This document shows, piece by piece, positions 9,967 through 18,961 of a stretch of DNA of 64,000 bases. The stretch's first letter is position 1; each line of letters begins with the position of its first letter. Position numbers and translations under genes: made by a program. This DNA comes from Candidatus Caldarchaeum sp. (GTDB lineage: Archaea; Thermoproteota; Nitrososphaeria_A; Caldarchaeales; Caldarchaeaceae), in assembly GCA_038740895.1 (NCBI GenBank), contig JAVYLK010000003.1:19820-83819 (forward strand), written 5' to 3'. The notes beneath the pieces were generated by a model. It made no database searches. It saw only the letters and a list, made by a program, of their open reading frames with translations, and had not been told where the DNA came from.

Positions 9967-12273
9967 CTAAAACGTGTTTTTATTTGTTGCGATGCTCCAG
10001 AGAAGGCTGGGGGAAATGTTTGATTTTGTGAGACGTTTTTTGGCGGCGTCTTCAACGGCGTTGACTATTGCGGCGGCTACGGGTATCAGCGGGCCTTCAC
10101 CCATTCCCTTTGTGCCTAGCTCGGAAAACATAGACGGTGTTTCTAAGTGGTCGATTAAGATCTCAGGAGTTTCCATGGTTGTGGGGAGAATATAGTCGCT
10201 GAACGACGCCGTCAACAGAACTCCGTTCTGGTCGTAGAGGATGTTTTCATAAAGGGTTGCACCTAGCCCCTGCAGAACACCCCCTAGGATCTGGCCGTCG
10301 ACGATGGGTTTGTTCAGTATTTTGCCGCAGTCGTGTACGGCTACGTATCTAAGAACTTTGACCATGTATGTTTCCGGGTCGAATTGGACGACTGCGACGT
10401 GAGCTGAATTTCCGTAGGTGGCTGACATGTTGATTTCACCCGGAGCTCCGACGTTGAATGTCGGAAAATCATAAAAAACCTCAGCCTGAAGGCTCTCATG
10501 ATATGTTTTGACAACGTCCCGATAGGCTTTTGAAGCGATTTGGGCGAAAGTCAGCGAAAAATCGGTTCCCTTAAGAACGATTCGGCCGTCGTTTATCTCC
10601 AAATCTTTCTCAGACGCTTCTAAAAGGCCTGCCGCTAGCGAAAGAATTTTCGACCGGAGAATTTCGCATGATTTTTTGACGGCTGCAACGGTCATGACGC
10701 TGAACCTGCTGGCCCACGTGCCTCCGTAGGGGCTTGGATAGACCATGTCCGAATCGCCGAAGACAATCCGCACGTTCTCAGGCTTGACTCCGAGAGTTTC
10801 GCAGACGATCTGAGTCAAAACAGTTTCATGGCCCTGCCCCTGAGGAATCGAAGCCGCGTAAACCGTGACCGCTCCAGATTCTTCAAGCCTAACGATTGCC
10901 CCTTCGCCGGAGCCCGACGTTTCAAGCTCCGGAAACAACAGTTTGTTTCGGGCTAGGTTTGTTACTGCAGGCTCGACTACGCAAGCTACTCCAACGCCGA
11001 CATTCGGCAGGCCTCGGTATTGCTCCGGCTCGGCGAGCTTCCAAGCCTTCTCAAGTAGTTCACGGTATTCGCCGCCGTCGTAAAGGCTTCCGAACACACT
11101 TCGGTAAGGCATCATTTCTCTGCCGACCATGTTCCTCAGCCTCATTTCAACCGGCGACAACTCCACCTCCTTCGCCGCGATGTCCATCATCCTTTCCAGA
11201 ACAAAATACGCTTGCTGACACCCATATCCACGGACAGGCCCCGTGGGGCATTTATTCGTGAAAACAACTTTCAACTGGACCTCGACGTTGCGGATGTCGT
11301 AGCATCCGAGATAGGTCATCAAAGACCTGATAACTCCACCCGGGTCGGGAAGACGTGCGTAGGCTCCGACGTCTTCGATGAAGTCTGTACGGTACGCGGC
11401 TATCTTTCCAGTTTTGTCGAGGGCCATCTCCGCATAAGTAACGCGGTTGGAGTTGTGAGCCATCGCTGTCAAATGTTCTCGGCGTGTTTCAAACCACTTC
11501 ACGGGTCTCTTAAGCTGAAGAGCGGCAAAGCAGACTAGAAAAACATACGGATAGAGCATGATTTTGACGCCGAAGCCTCCGCCGATGTCCTTCTCGATGA
11601 ACCGAATTTTCTCGGGCGTTATTCTGAGACAATCGGCGAGGATTTTCTTGAAAAGAAGTGGTGTCTGCTGGTTATCGTAAACAGTCAGCGAGCCGTCTTT
11701 CTGCGGAACAGCCACTACACCGCATGTCTCGATCGGCGACGCAGCATACCTTTCAAAGAAGAACTTTTCCCTAACCACCCTTTCAGCTTTGCTGAAGGCT
11801 TCTTCAACATCTCCAAAAGAAAATTTCCTCTCTAGTGCTACGTTTGTTCCCAGCTGTTCATGGACCAGTAAGGATGTTTGAAGCGCGTCTTCGGCGTTGA
11901 CGACGACTCCTAAAGGCTCGTAATCGACGACGACCTGTTCAGCAAGGTCGAAAGCTTCTTCACGGGATTCAGCGACGACCACGGCTACGGGTTCGCCGTA
12001 GTAGCGGACTTTGTCAACCGCTATGCCGTAGTACGGCACGTTCTTTATCAGCGTGTAGAGAGGCTTGGTTCTGGACGCGATGGTTTTTCCCGTGAAAACA
12101 ACGCCTCCCTGTCGAACCACGCTCTCGTAGGAGATCTGCTTGATTCTAGCATGGGCATAAGAGCTTCTAACAAACACAAGATGAAGCATTCTTGGAAAGC
12201 TCAAGTCGTCCACATAAACAGCCTCTCCCCGCAGAAACCGCGGGTCCTCCAGCCTTCTAGTCAAGTTCAACAA
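9967..12273 (-). CDS. molybdopterin-dependent hydroxylase large subunit (xanthine dehydrogenase/CoxL family), paralog 1
   Basis: 768 aa; aldehyde oxidase/xanthine dehydrogenase a/b-hammerhead and MoCo-binding regions; active-site loop variant VRGYGCQQAYF. Confidence 0.8.
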   Translation of the reverse strand: MLNLTRRLEDPRFLRGEAVYVDDLSFPRMLHLVFVRSSYAHARIKQISYESVVRQGGVVFTGKTIASRTKPLYTLIKNVPYYGIAVDKVRYYGEPVAVVVAESREEAFDLAEQVVVDYEPLGVVVNAEDALQTSLLVHEQLGTNVALERKFSFGDVEEAFSKAERVVREKFFFERYAASPIETCGVVAVPQKDGSLTVYDNQQTPLLFKKILADCLRITPEKIRFIEKDIGGGFGVKIMLYPYVFLVCFAALQLKRPVKWFETRREHLTAMAHNSNRVTYAEMALDKTGKIAAYRTDFIEDVGAYARLPDPGGVIRSLMTYLGCYDIRNVEVQLKVVFTNKCPTGPVRGYGCQQAYFVLERMMDIAAKEVELSPVEMRLRNMVGREMMPYRSVFGSLYDGGEYRELLEKAWKLAEPEQYRGLPNVGVGVACVVEPAVTNLARNKLLFPELETSGSGEGAIVRLEESGAVTVYAASIPQGQGHETVLTQIVCETLGVKPENVRIVFGDSDMVYPSPYGGTWASRFSVMTVAAVKKSCEILRSKILSLAAGLLEASEKDLEINDGRIVLKGTDFSLTFAQIASKAYRDVVKTYHESLQAEVFYDFPTFNVGAPGEINMSATYGNSAHVAVVQFDPETYMVKVLRYVAVHDCGKILNKPIVDGQILGGVLQGLGATLYENILYDQNGVLLTASFSDYILPTTMETPEILIDHLETPSMFSELGTKGMGEGPLIPVAAAIVNAVEDAAKKRLTKSNISPSLLWSIATNKNTF

Positions 12274-12288
12274 CCTGCCAAAATTTCA

Positions 12289-12304
12289 ACTAATTTTTAA
12301 ACCA
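12289..12304 (-). promoter_or_regulatory. TATA box for the paralog-1 Mo-hydroxylase gene
   Basis: Minus-strand ggtttaaaaatta about 20-30 nt upstream of the start codon at 12273. Confidence 0.35.
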
Positions 12305-12774
12305 TTTCTAACCGATGGCAACCGTTGTTCCCCTCTCTGGACTTTCAGCAACAACGCTCTCTGCAATCATCCGGTGTGGAAAAACAGACCACCGTGATGC
12401 TCGGACTTTCTTTGACGGATGTTGTTTCGGCAGCAGCTCTCGATGGCAGCAGGAAATTTCTGCTTTTAAACATGGGTGGAGAAAAAGAAAGTATCTGCAC
12501 CTAATCAACACCATTCATCTAAAAATGTGGTTATGGGAGGATAGCGGTCAAACGGTAGGGGCGCACAGGGCTAATCAGGGAGGTTCTTTGGAAGGCCGGT
12601 GTTTTCTTCCGTTAAGATCCCTCCCATCTTTTTGAAGATTTAACCCAAGCCACGATACACACAGGTCTTCTAAAATAAGTCCATGAGGATTATGGTGTAG
12701 ACGCTCTAGCCAAACTCTCCCCTTTTTTTACCTCTTTGACAATACATATATTTCCCCTCCGGAGACGCTAACAC

Positions 12775-12879
12775 GGGGCCGTAGTTCAGCATGGTTAGAA
12801 AGAGATAATTCATTAAATTATTTCCTAATTTCCGCGGCTCGGGCCCGCGAGGTCCCCGGTTCAAATCCGGGCGGCCCCA
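12775..12879 (+). tRNA. tRNA-Pro (anticodon CGG at 12840-12842) with a 30 nt non-canonical intron in the D-arm (about 12801-12830)
   Basis: Hand-folded cloverleaf: acceptor GGGGCCG/CGGCCCC, D-stem GTTC/GAA|T split by an AT-rich insert, anticodon stem CGCGG/CCGCG with loop CTCGGGC (U33, G37), T-arm CCCGG-TTCAAAT-CCGGG, discriminator A. Upstream TATA-like catatattt at about 12745. Confidence 0.75.
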
Positions 12880-13238
12880 GCTCTTTATCACGTCCCAGAA
12901 TTACATAGTGTATGATGCGGTTATTGCTCTTTTGGTGGTTGGAGCGGCTTTGCTCGGGCTTGTTTTAGCCTTTATGCTGGCCGACGGGGCTAAAATCAAC
13001 GCTTTTCTTAGCGCTGTACGCTGGTGCCGGTGGTTGTGAGACCGGAGCTCGCCGTCATCATGCTGGCGGTTTTCAGGTAGTCTCGGGCACGATCGTTTGA
13101 CCTGGGCGCCGCCCCTCCGATCCTGTGTGTCGCGACTTTGCTGAGCCATACTGCTTTCTAGCTTCAGACAGCTGAAAAGCCTGCGAAACCCGTCTATGCC
13201 CGAACCGCGACCCGAGCGTTTTCTTACTCCCGGACGGT

Positions 13239-13249
13239 GTTTATTAACA
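13239..13249 (+). promoter_or_regulatory. TATA box (tttattaacaa) for the site-2 protease gene
   Basis: AT-rich box about 25 bp upstream of the ATG at 13270; implies the longer GTG-13237 start is not used. Confidence 0.35.
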
Positions 13250-13269
13250 AAAAGGCTTTTTCCAGAGTA

Positions 13270-14412
13270 ATGTTTTTAGATTGGGCTTGTCACAGATTGT
13301 TGGTCTGCTTCATGTCGTTATTTGGCGGCGCTTCCGTGGATTTTGAAACGGCTAAGAGAGTTCTTGGCGGCAGCTTCACGGTGACTAGTGTTTACCTAGA
13401 TGCCGGTGTTTTGACTTTTGAGGTTGCTGAGACTGCGATAAAGGAGAGGTTCAAGAGATGTCTAGCCCAGCTCAAGAGCCTCGGCTTGATAGCGACGGCT
13501 CGTAAGGAGAACGGTGCGGTTAAAATAAGGGTGTTTCCCTACGTCAAGCCGCCCAGGAACGACGTACGTATACCGCTGGTTCTGGGCTTAGCCACCTTGG
13601 CAACCGTGTCCTTCGACGGCTTCATAAGGTCTTCCGCGAGGATTTACGGGGTAGTGCATCCCGGCTACGGCCCTTCAGAAGTGTTCTTGAACGGCATGGT
13701 CTTCTCAGCAGCTCTGCTCGCAATAATATTCATCCACGAAATGGGCCATAAGCTGTCAGCCCGTATAGACGGCGTCTCTGCGAGCCATCCCTACTTCATA
13801 CCCGGGTTTCCCGGCATCATTCCAACCTTGGGTGCTGTGATTTTTCAGAAGGAGCCGCTCGCCAACAGGGATGACATGTTTGACATAGGGATAAGCGGGC
13901 CTGTTGCTGGGTTCGCTACGGCGGTTGTTGTGGCCTTCGTTGCTTTTCAGACCGCTACGTGGATTCCGGTCGACCAGTACCGTGCTTTGATAGAAACGGC
14001 TGCGAGGGAGGGGTCGGTCGTTGAGGTTCCGCTGATCTTCACCTTGATAAGACTTCTGTACGGAAGGCCTGACGAAGTTCCTTTCTTCATGACTGTTGGC
14101 TTCGCTGCTTGGCTTGGTATGGTTGTCACGGCGTTGAACCTCATGCCGATATGGCAGCTTGACGGAGGCCGTATATTCAGGAGCTTCCTGTCGAGGAGGC
14201 AGCACCTAATCGCTTCGTACATCTCTTTAGGCGTGTTGGTTGTCACGGGCTACTACTTCATGGCTTTGCTGCTCATACTCATGATGGGGAGGAGCATCGA
14301 CATAGTTCCGTTGGACGACGTCTCTCCGCTTTCTTTCTGGAGAAAGGTTTCCTTGATTGGGCTTGCAGCCATGCTTGTTCTGAGCTTCGTACCCCTGAAC
14401 AGGATGTTCTAG
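13270..14412 (+). CDS. site-2 protease family (peptidase M50) intramembrane zinc metalloprotease
   Basis: HExxH in FIHEMGHKL inside a TM segment and LDGG motif in NLMPIWQLDGGRIF; multiple TM helices. The ORF track offers a GTG start at 13237. Confidence 0.75.
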   Translation: MFLDWACHRLLVCFMSLFGGASVDFETAKRVLGGSFTVTSVYLDAGVLTFEVAETAIKERFKRCLAQLKSLGLIATARKENGAVKIRVFPYVKPPRNDVRIPLVLGLATLATVSFDGFIRSSARIYGVVHPGYGPSEVFLNGMVFSAALLAIIFIHEMGHKLSARIDGVSASHPYFIPGFPGIIPTLGAVIFQKEPLANRDDMFDIGISGPVAGFATAVVVAFVAFQTATWIPVDQYRALIETAAREGSVVEVPLIFTLIRLLYGRPDEVPFFMTVGFAAWLGMVVTALNLMPIWQLDGGRIFRSFLSRRQHLIASYISLGVLVVTGYYFMALLLILMMGRSIDIVPLDDVSPLSFWRKVSLIGLAAMLVLSFVPLNRMF

Positions 14413-15398
14413 AAACCCTCGAGACATGTTCCCACGCAGTTAGGAACCGCTAGCACTCTAGCCTCTCTAGACTTTACACGCCTCGCATACACTACCGCTT
14501 GGTCGAGCGTGTCAGCCTGCCGAGCGTTGAGAACCTTCTCAACAACTGTGGAGGGAAGCGCCGTGACCAGCACAACTTTGTGTTTCTCGGCTACTGCCTT
14601 CCAAGCATTCCACCGCTCGACTAATTCAGAGTCTTGGACGTGCTCGCCCTTGGCGAGCTTCAGCAACCATTCCTCGCCTAATCCTTCAGAGGACTCGAAC
14701 ATGAAAACCACAACCTTGCCGGGCTCTAGCTTCGATACGGAGGACGCCATGTGGAGGCATGCCGAGAAACGCTTGTCGACAGGATGTCCGGGACCTCCGA
14801 CGAGCACGACGTCTGCGGGGTTGTTCGGCGAGTACTTGGACAACTCTTCAGCCCTACGTACAGCCATCTGGGAGACTTCCTCGAACTCGCCCACCATAAC
14901 CTCGGCCACATAGCCTCCGCATCCAACTACGGGGGACACCAGCCTCAAACCGTGGCTGGGTTTTTTCCAGAGGTCTTTGGGTCCGATCACTCTTCCACCC
15001 CAGTACACGGCGGGCGAGAATAGAAGCGTTTTGGACGGGTCTGCTTTGTCCGTTCCTGTTAATGGCTGTATCTTCTTGACTTCTGGCAACAGCTTCCTCA
15101 CGTATTCATACAGGCTCTTCTCAGTTTGAGCATCAGCGTACCGCCACGATGAAACATACACCTCGACGCTGGGAAAGTTTTCGGTGCATGTCCCAACCGT
15201 CGACACCACAGCCTCGTCGTACCCGTCAACTGCGTAAACGTAGTCTACGACCACAGCCTCCACCACATCTTCGAGACAACGTCTTATCTCATCGGTGTAG
15301 CTGGCATGCCTGCTTCCGGACGGGTTAAGAACTTCGACCGATTCTTCCAAGTCGGCGAATATTTCTGTGCTACCGTACTTGAACCAGACCTCCACCAT
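14409..15398 (-). CDS. conserved hypothetical protein (no recognisable family), divergent from the F420 gene cluster
   Basis: 329 aa soluble protein; Gly-rich VVLVGGPGHPVD segment; own TATA (cttttttaagaag, minus strand) about 30 nt upstream of the ATG. Confidence 0.45.
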   Translation of the reverse strand: MVEVWFKYGSTEIFADLEESVEVLNPSGSRHASYTDEIRRCLEDVVEAVVVDYVYAVDGYDEAVVSTVGTCTENFPSVEVYVSSWRYADAQTEKSLYEYVRKLLPEVKKIQPLTGTDKADPSKTLLFSPAVYWGGRVIGPKDLWKKPSHGLRLVSPVVGCGGYVAEVMVGEFEEVSQMAVRRAEELSKYSPNNPADVVLVGGPGHPVDKRFSACLHMASSVSKLEPGKVVVFMFESSEGLGEEWLLKLAKGEHVQDSELVERWNAWKAVAEKHKVVLVTALPSTVVEKVLNARQADTLDQAVVYARRVKSREARVLAVPNCVGTCLEGF

Positions 15399-15423
15399 CT
15401 TTGTTGCCGATGGCTCAACGCCT

Positions 15424-15452
15424 TCTTAAAAAGCCGCCATAGGTTTAAAATA
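15424..15452. promoter_or_regulatory. divergent promoter region with two TATA boxes
   Basis: tcttaaaaagcc serves the minus-strand 329 aa gene; gtttaaaataag lies about 28 bp upstream of the ATG at 15476. Confidence 0.35.
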
Positions 15453-15475
15453 AGAACGCAGAGGCTGATCGATGG

Positions 15476-16102
15476 ATGGGTTCGGAGGGTTTCTTGAGAT
15501 TTCTGAGGAGCCGTAGAACTTCTAAGATGCTCGGTTCTGGACATGTGCCGGCCGAGGTGGTTGTGAAGGCTGTTGAGGCGGGTGTGTGGGCTGCGAACGC
15601 TCATGGATATCAGCCTTGGAGGTTTGTCGTCGTCGACGATGAGAGTGTTAAGGAGCGGCTGCTGGATGAAATGGGGAGGGATTGGCTGGAGGACTTGACC
15701 GGCGACGGCATGGAGCGTAGCAAGGCTGAGATGATTGTGAAGATGGCGAAAAACAGAAGCCGTCGAGCGGCTTTCCTCATAATTGCATGCCTGAGTATGA
15801 AGGACATGGATGTTTACTGGGACAGCCGCCGGTGCAGTCTGGAGTACGTGATGGGTGTCCAGAGCGTCGCAGCAGCCGTGCAGAACATCCTGCTGGCCGT
15901 CCACGCCCTTGGATACGGCTCCTGCTGGAGATGCTCGCCCCTGTTTGCTCAGAATGCTGTGAGGAGGGTTCTGGGAATTCCGCCGGACGTCGAGCCTCAG
16001 GCGATGGTTGAGGTAGGACTCAGGGGAGGTGAGACGTCTGGACTTCGTAAGCCTCTCGGTGAAGTTGCTTTCTTGAATAGATGGGGGAGGCCGTTATGCT
16101 GA
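15476..16102 (+). CDS. nitroreductase-family protein (FbiB C-terminal-domain-like), likely F420-associated
   Basis: Nitroreductase signatures RRTSKML and GYQPWRFVVV; first gene of an operon with cofD and cofC. Confidence 0.65.
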   Translation: MGSEGFLRFLRSRRTSKMLGSGHVPAEVVVKAVEAGVWAANAHGYQPWRFVVVDDESVKERLLDEMGRDWLEDLTGDGMERSKAEMIVKMAKNRSRRAAFLIIACLSMKDMDVYWDSRRCSLEYVMGVQSVAAAVQNILLAVHALGYGSCWRCSPLFAQNAVRRVLGIPPDVEPQAMVEVGLRGGETSGLRKPLGEVAFLNRWGRPLC

Positions 16103-17028
16103 CCGCCTTGGCTGGAGGCGTTGGTGCTACGAAGCTGTTGGTCGGGCTGAAGCATGCCATGGGCCCTGAGCGTGGGGCTGCGGTGGTCAACACGGGGGAC
16201 GACGAGGTTTTCTACGGGCTTCACGTCTCTCCCGACTTGGACACGGTTGTGTACGGCCTGGCGGGACTGGGTGACGCTGAGCGGGGATGGGGAGTCTTGG
16301 GCGACAGCTTCAACGCCTTGGAGATGCTTGGAAGGCTGGGCTGCGAAACATGGTTCAAGCTGGGCGACAGAGACTTGGCAGTAAGCCTGTACAGGACTAT
16401 GAGGATGATGGAAGGTGCTTCCCTTACGCAGGCTACTGAGGAGATTGCCGCCAAGCTGGGTGCCGGCTGGAGAGTGCTGCCCATGACGGACGATAGGGTT
16501 AGAACCATGGTCGAGACCGAGCTGGGGATAATGCCTTTCCAGCAGTATTTCGTAAAGCACGGCCACAGTCTTAAGGTAAGGAGGATTGTCTTGGAGGGTG
16601 TTGAGCATGCCCGTCCGACCCAGGCGGTCCTACAAGCGATCGACACAGCCGACCATGTGGTCCTCTGCCCGAGCAACCCCCTCGTAAGCATATCCCCTAT
16701 ACTTTCGCTCGAGGGTGTTAGAGAGAGGCTCAGGAGGGTTGAGGCGAAGATACTGGCTGTCAGCCCCTTCGTGGGAGGCCGTGCGTTGAAGGGACCTGCC
16801 GCGAGCATGATGGTTGACCTAGGTTTTGACCCGTCTCCGGCCGGAGTGGCGAGGCTCTACGGTGACTTCCTCGATGTTTTGGTGTTCGACATCGCTGACT
16901 CCTCGTACGTTGAAGAGGTGAGGGCTTTGGGGGTCAAGCCTGTTGCCGCTAGGACGATGATGAATACTCTGGAAGATAAAGTTCTTCTTGCGAGGACAGT
17001 TCTGCGGGAGCTGGGAGCGGTTAGTTGA
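16081..17028 (+). CDS. cofD: 2-phospho-L-lactate transferase CofD (F420 biosynthesis)
   Basis: N-terminal LAGGVGATKLL matches the CofD LSGG(V/T)GGAKL motif; GDRD and length fit the CofD/UPF0052 family. Alternative ATG at 16096. Confidence 0.8.
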   Translation: MGEAVMLTALAGGVGATKLLVGLKHAMGPERGAAVVNTGDDEVFYGLHVSPDLDTVVYGLAGLGDAERGWGVLGDSFNALEMLGRLGCETWFKLGDRDLAVSLYRTMRMMEGASLTQATEEIAAKLGAGWRVLPMTDDRVRTMVETELGIMPFQQYFVKHGHSLKVRRIVLEGVEHARPTQAVLQAIDTADHVVLCPSNPLVSISPILSLEGVRERLRRVEAKILAVSPFVGGRALKGPAASMMVDLGFDPSPAGVARLYGDFLDVLVFDIADSSYVEEVRALGVKPVAARTMMNTLEDKVLLARTVLRELGAVS

Positions 17029-17609
17029 GATGCTATGCTGTCCTGCCTGTGAAGAAGCTGGAGGACGCCAAGACGAGGCTGCGTACAGCCTTGTCGGGGG
17101 CTGAGAGGCGGAGGCTGGTTTTACGGCTTTTAGTGAGGACTGGTGTTCTCTGCGAGGCTGCTGGGTTGGAGGTCCTCGTTGTGTCGAGCGACCCCGATGT
17201 TGAGAAAGCCTCGGACAAACGTGGATGGAGGCTGGTCGACGACTCGGGCCTGGGTCTTAACCCTTCGATACGGAGAGCTTTAAAATCCCTGACGCATGCT
17301 CCAGTCCTGATTGTGCTGCCCGACCTGCCGCTTTTGAGCTTAGCTAGCATCGAGGCTGTGCTAAGCATCGGCGGGGGTAAAGGCTGCGTCGTATGCCCCG
17401 ACCTGAGGCTAAAGGGTTCTAACATGCTTTACCATTTTGACGGAGGAAGCCTCTTCCCGATGTTCGGGGCCGACAGCTACCGGCGTCATCTGGCAAGCCT
17501 GAGCCGGCGTTTCCCTACAAAGACCTACGTCGAGCTCGGGACGGCGCTCGACCTAGACAAGCCCAGCGACCTACTTCTTCTTTCTAGGCTTTCTCCGACT
17601 CCTGTTTAG
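17025..17609 (+). CDS. cofC: 2-phospho-L-lactate guanylyltransferase CofC (F420 biosynthesis)
   Basis: 194 aa; N-terminus AVLPVKKLEDAKTRL matches the CofC IPVK..AKSRL pattern; TTG start overlaps the cofD stop. Confidence 0.6.
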   Translation: MRCYAVLPVKKLEDAKTRLRTALSGAERRRLVLRLLVRTGVLCEAAGLEVLVVSSDPDVEKASDKRGWRLVDDSGLGLNPSIRRALKSLTHAPVLIVLPDLPLLSLASIEAVLSIGGGKGCVVCPDLRLKGSNMLYHFDGGSLFPMFGADSYRRHLASLSRRFPTKTYVELGTALDLDKPSDLLLLSRLSPTPV

Positions 17610-18920
17610 CACGAAGACAGTTAGGACGAGGAAGAGGGGAATTAGGAGAAGCAGCTCTGTGAGGAGGGAGAGGACCGTCTGCCCCTGTGGTGGAGCTTCA
17701 GGCGTTGTGGCTATGGTTATTGAAGGGGAGGTGGTGGAGGTTCTGTAGTCGAGCTCTCCGACCTTCTGGTATACGTTGTTGCCTGCCACGTCTGTTGCGT
17801 TGACGTAGAGCTCAACTCTAGACACCTCGGCAGACTGTCTGTACACTCCCGTGAAAATTTCGCCTCTCTGAACCATGTCGAACTCCTTGAAGGCCGCTAC
17901 GTAGATTCCCGTGTACTCGACTGCGACAAGCTTTACCGAGGCTAAGTCTTGCTCAGGGTCTGAAACCCTCACCCTAACTTCAGCCGAACCATCCTGAAGC
18001 CTGTTCACCACCCAGTTGGACACCGTTGGTGTTCTCGAGTCGTAGATGAAACCAATCTTGTTAGAAATGGAGTCGAGGAACCATATCCTAGATTGGGCCC
18101 CGGCTGCGACGGAGCTGGGCGACGCTGAGGCGAGGCTTGACTCTCTGTAGCCTGTCTGGTCGACCACGCCGACCACTCTTCTGGACACGCTGGAGTAGAC
18201 AAGCTTGTCTCCAATCACGGCCGTCGAGGAGGGGAAGGTCGCTCGGGGGAGGGATGTTCTCTGTACGATGGACCCGCCTGAAACCTTAAGCACGTTGTCG
18301 TTGTTCAATACCAGCCAAGCGGCGTCCTCAACCGCCTCGACTCTGACGACGGAGCCCTCTACTCTGATGCTTTCGGCGACGCCGTTCCTCACGACCACTA
18401 GGCTGTCCAGCGACCTGGCAACGGCCCAGACGGCTCCGTCGGAGGCCGAGAGATAGCTGAGCCCGTCAGCCACGTCCACGTCGTAGCTCTCCAGCACCTT
18501 CAAGCTCTCGGGATCCAGCTTAACGACTGTCCGTGCCGCCGGGTAGGAGACGTAGACGTGCCTGCCGTCCGTGGCGAGCCCTCCTGCACGCATTTCGAGG
18601 TTATGAATCGAAGACTGTTTCGAAGCTAGGTCCACGACGAAAAGGCTGTTCCTCGTGGAGAGAAGGGCCACGGCTTTTTCCTTGGCGAATACGGTCTTGT
18701 CGACCCTGCTGGGAGCTTCAAACTCGACGTAAGAACTCAAGTCCACCCTGTAAAGACCCAGGACAGGCCTGTCGGCGAAAGACACAGCCACCCACATTCC
18801 GCCGTCCGAGTCTATCTTGGAAGGCGTTCCGCCGAAAACCACGTCGACCATCTGGGGGGGCGACAGACCCCATGCTAGGGGTAGGAAGGAAGCCAGAAGA
18901 AGCAGCGGAACAAGCCTCAT
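17571..18920 (-). CDS. secreted, membrane-anchored cell-surface protein (beta-rich, possibly beta-propeller)
   Basis: N-terminal signal peptide MRLVPLLLLASFLPLAWG; C-terminal TM helix plus basic tail RSRRKPRKKK; Thr/Ser-rich linker before the anchor. Confidence 0.5.
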   Translation of the reverse strand: MRLVPLLLLASFLPLAWGLSPPQMVDVVFGGTPSKIDSDGGMWVAVSFADRPVLGLYRVDLSSYVEFEAPSRVDKTVFAKEKAVALLSTRNSLFVVDLASKQSSIHNLEMRAGGLATDGRHVYVSYPAARTVVKLDPESLKVLESYDVDVADGLSYLSASDGAVWAVARSLDSLVVVRNGVAESIRVEGSVVRVEAVEDAAWLVLNNDNVLKVSGGSIVQRTSLPRATFPSSTAVIGDKLVYSSVSRRVVGVVDQTGYRESSLASASPSSVAAGAQSRIWFLDSISNKIGFIYDSRTPTVSNWVVNRLQDGSAEVRVRVSDPEQDLASVKLVAVEYTGIYVAAFKEFDMVQRGEIFTGVYRQSAEVSRVELYVNATDVAGNNVYQKVGELDYRTSTTSPSITIATTPEAPPQGQTVLSLLTELLLLIPLFLVLTVFVLNRSRRKPRKKK

Positions 18921-18961
18921 CCCATCCTACACTAACTAGTCTCTATAAGTGTTTTTACCGA

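Noticed and set aside
12706-12891. 61 aa minus-strand ORF overlapping tRNA-Pro
   Set aside because: It lies entirely across the tRNA gene and its intron, with no promoter or coding signal; artefact of the six-frame translation.
12880-13236. Classification of the non-coding stretch as RNase P RNA or SRP RNA
   Set aside because: The universally conserved CR-I (AGGAAAGUCCGGGC) and SRP helix-8 (GGAAG...AGCAG) signatures are not recognisable by eye. Kept only as an unclassified candidate ncRNA in the findings.
16081-16095. ATG at 16081 versus ATG at 16096 as the cofD start
   Set aside because: Both are possible. 16096 gives the canonical MLTALAGGVGATKL N-terminus and a shorter 7 nt overlap with the upstream gene. 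The ORF-track coordinates were kept but this is unresolved.
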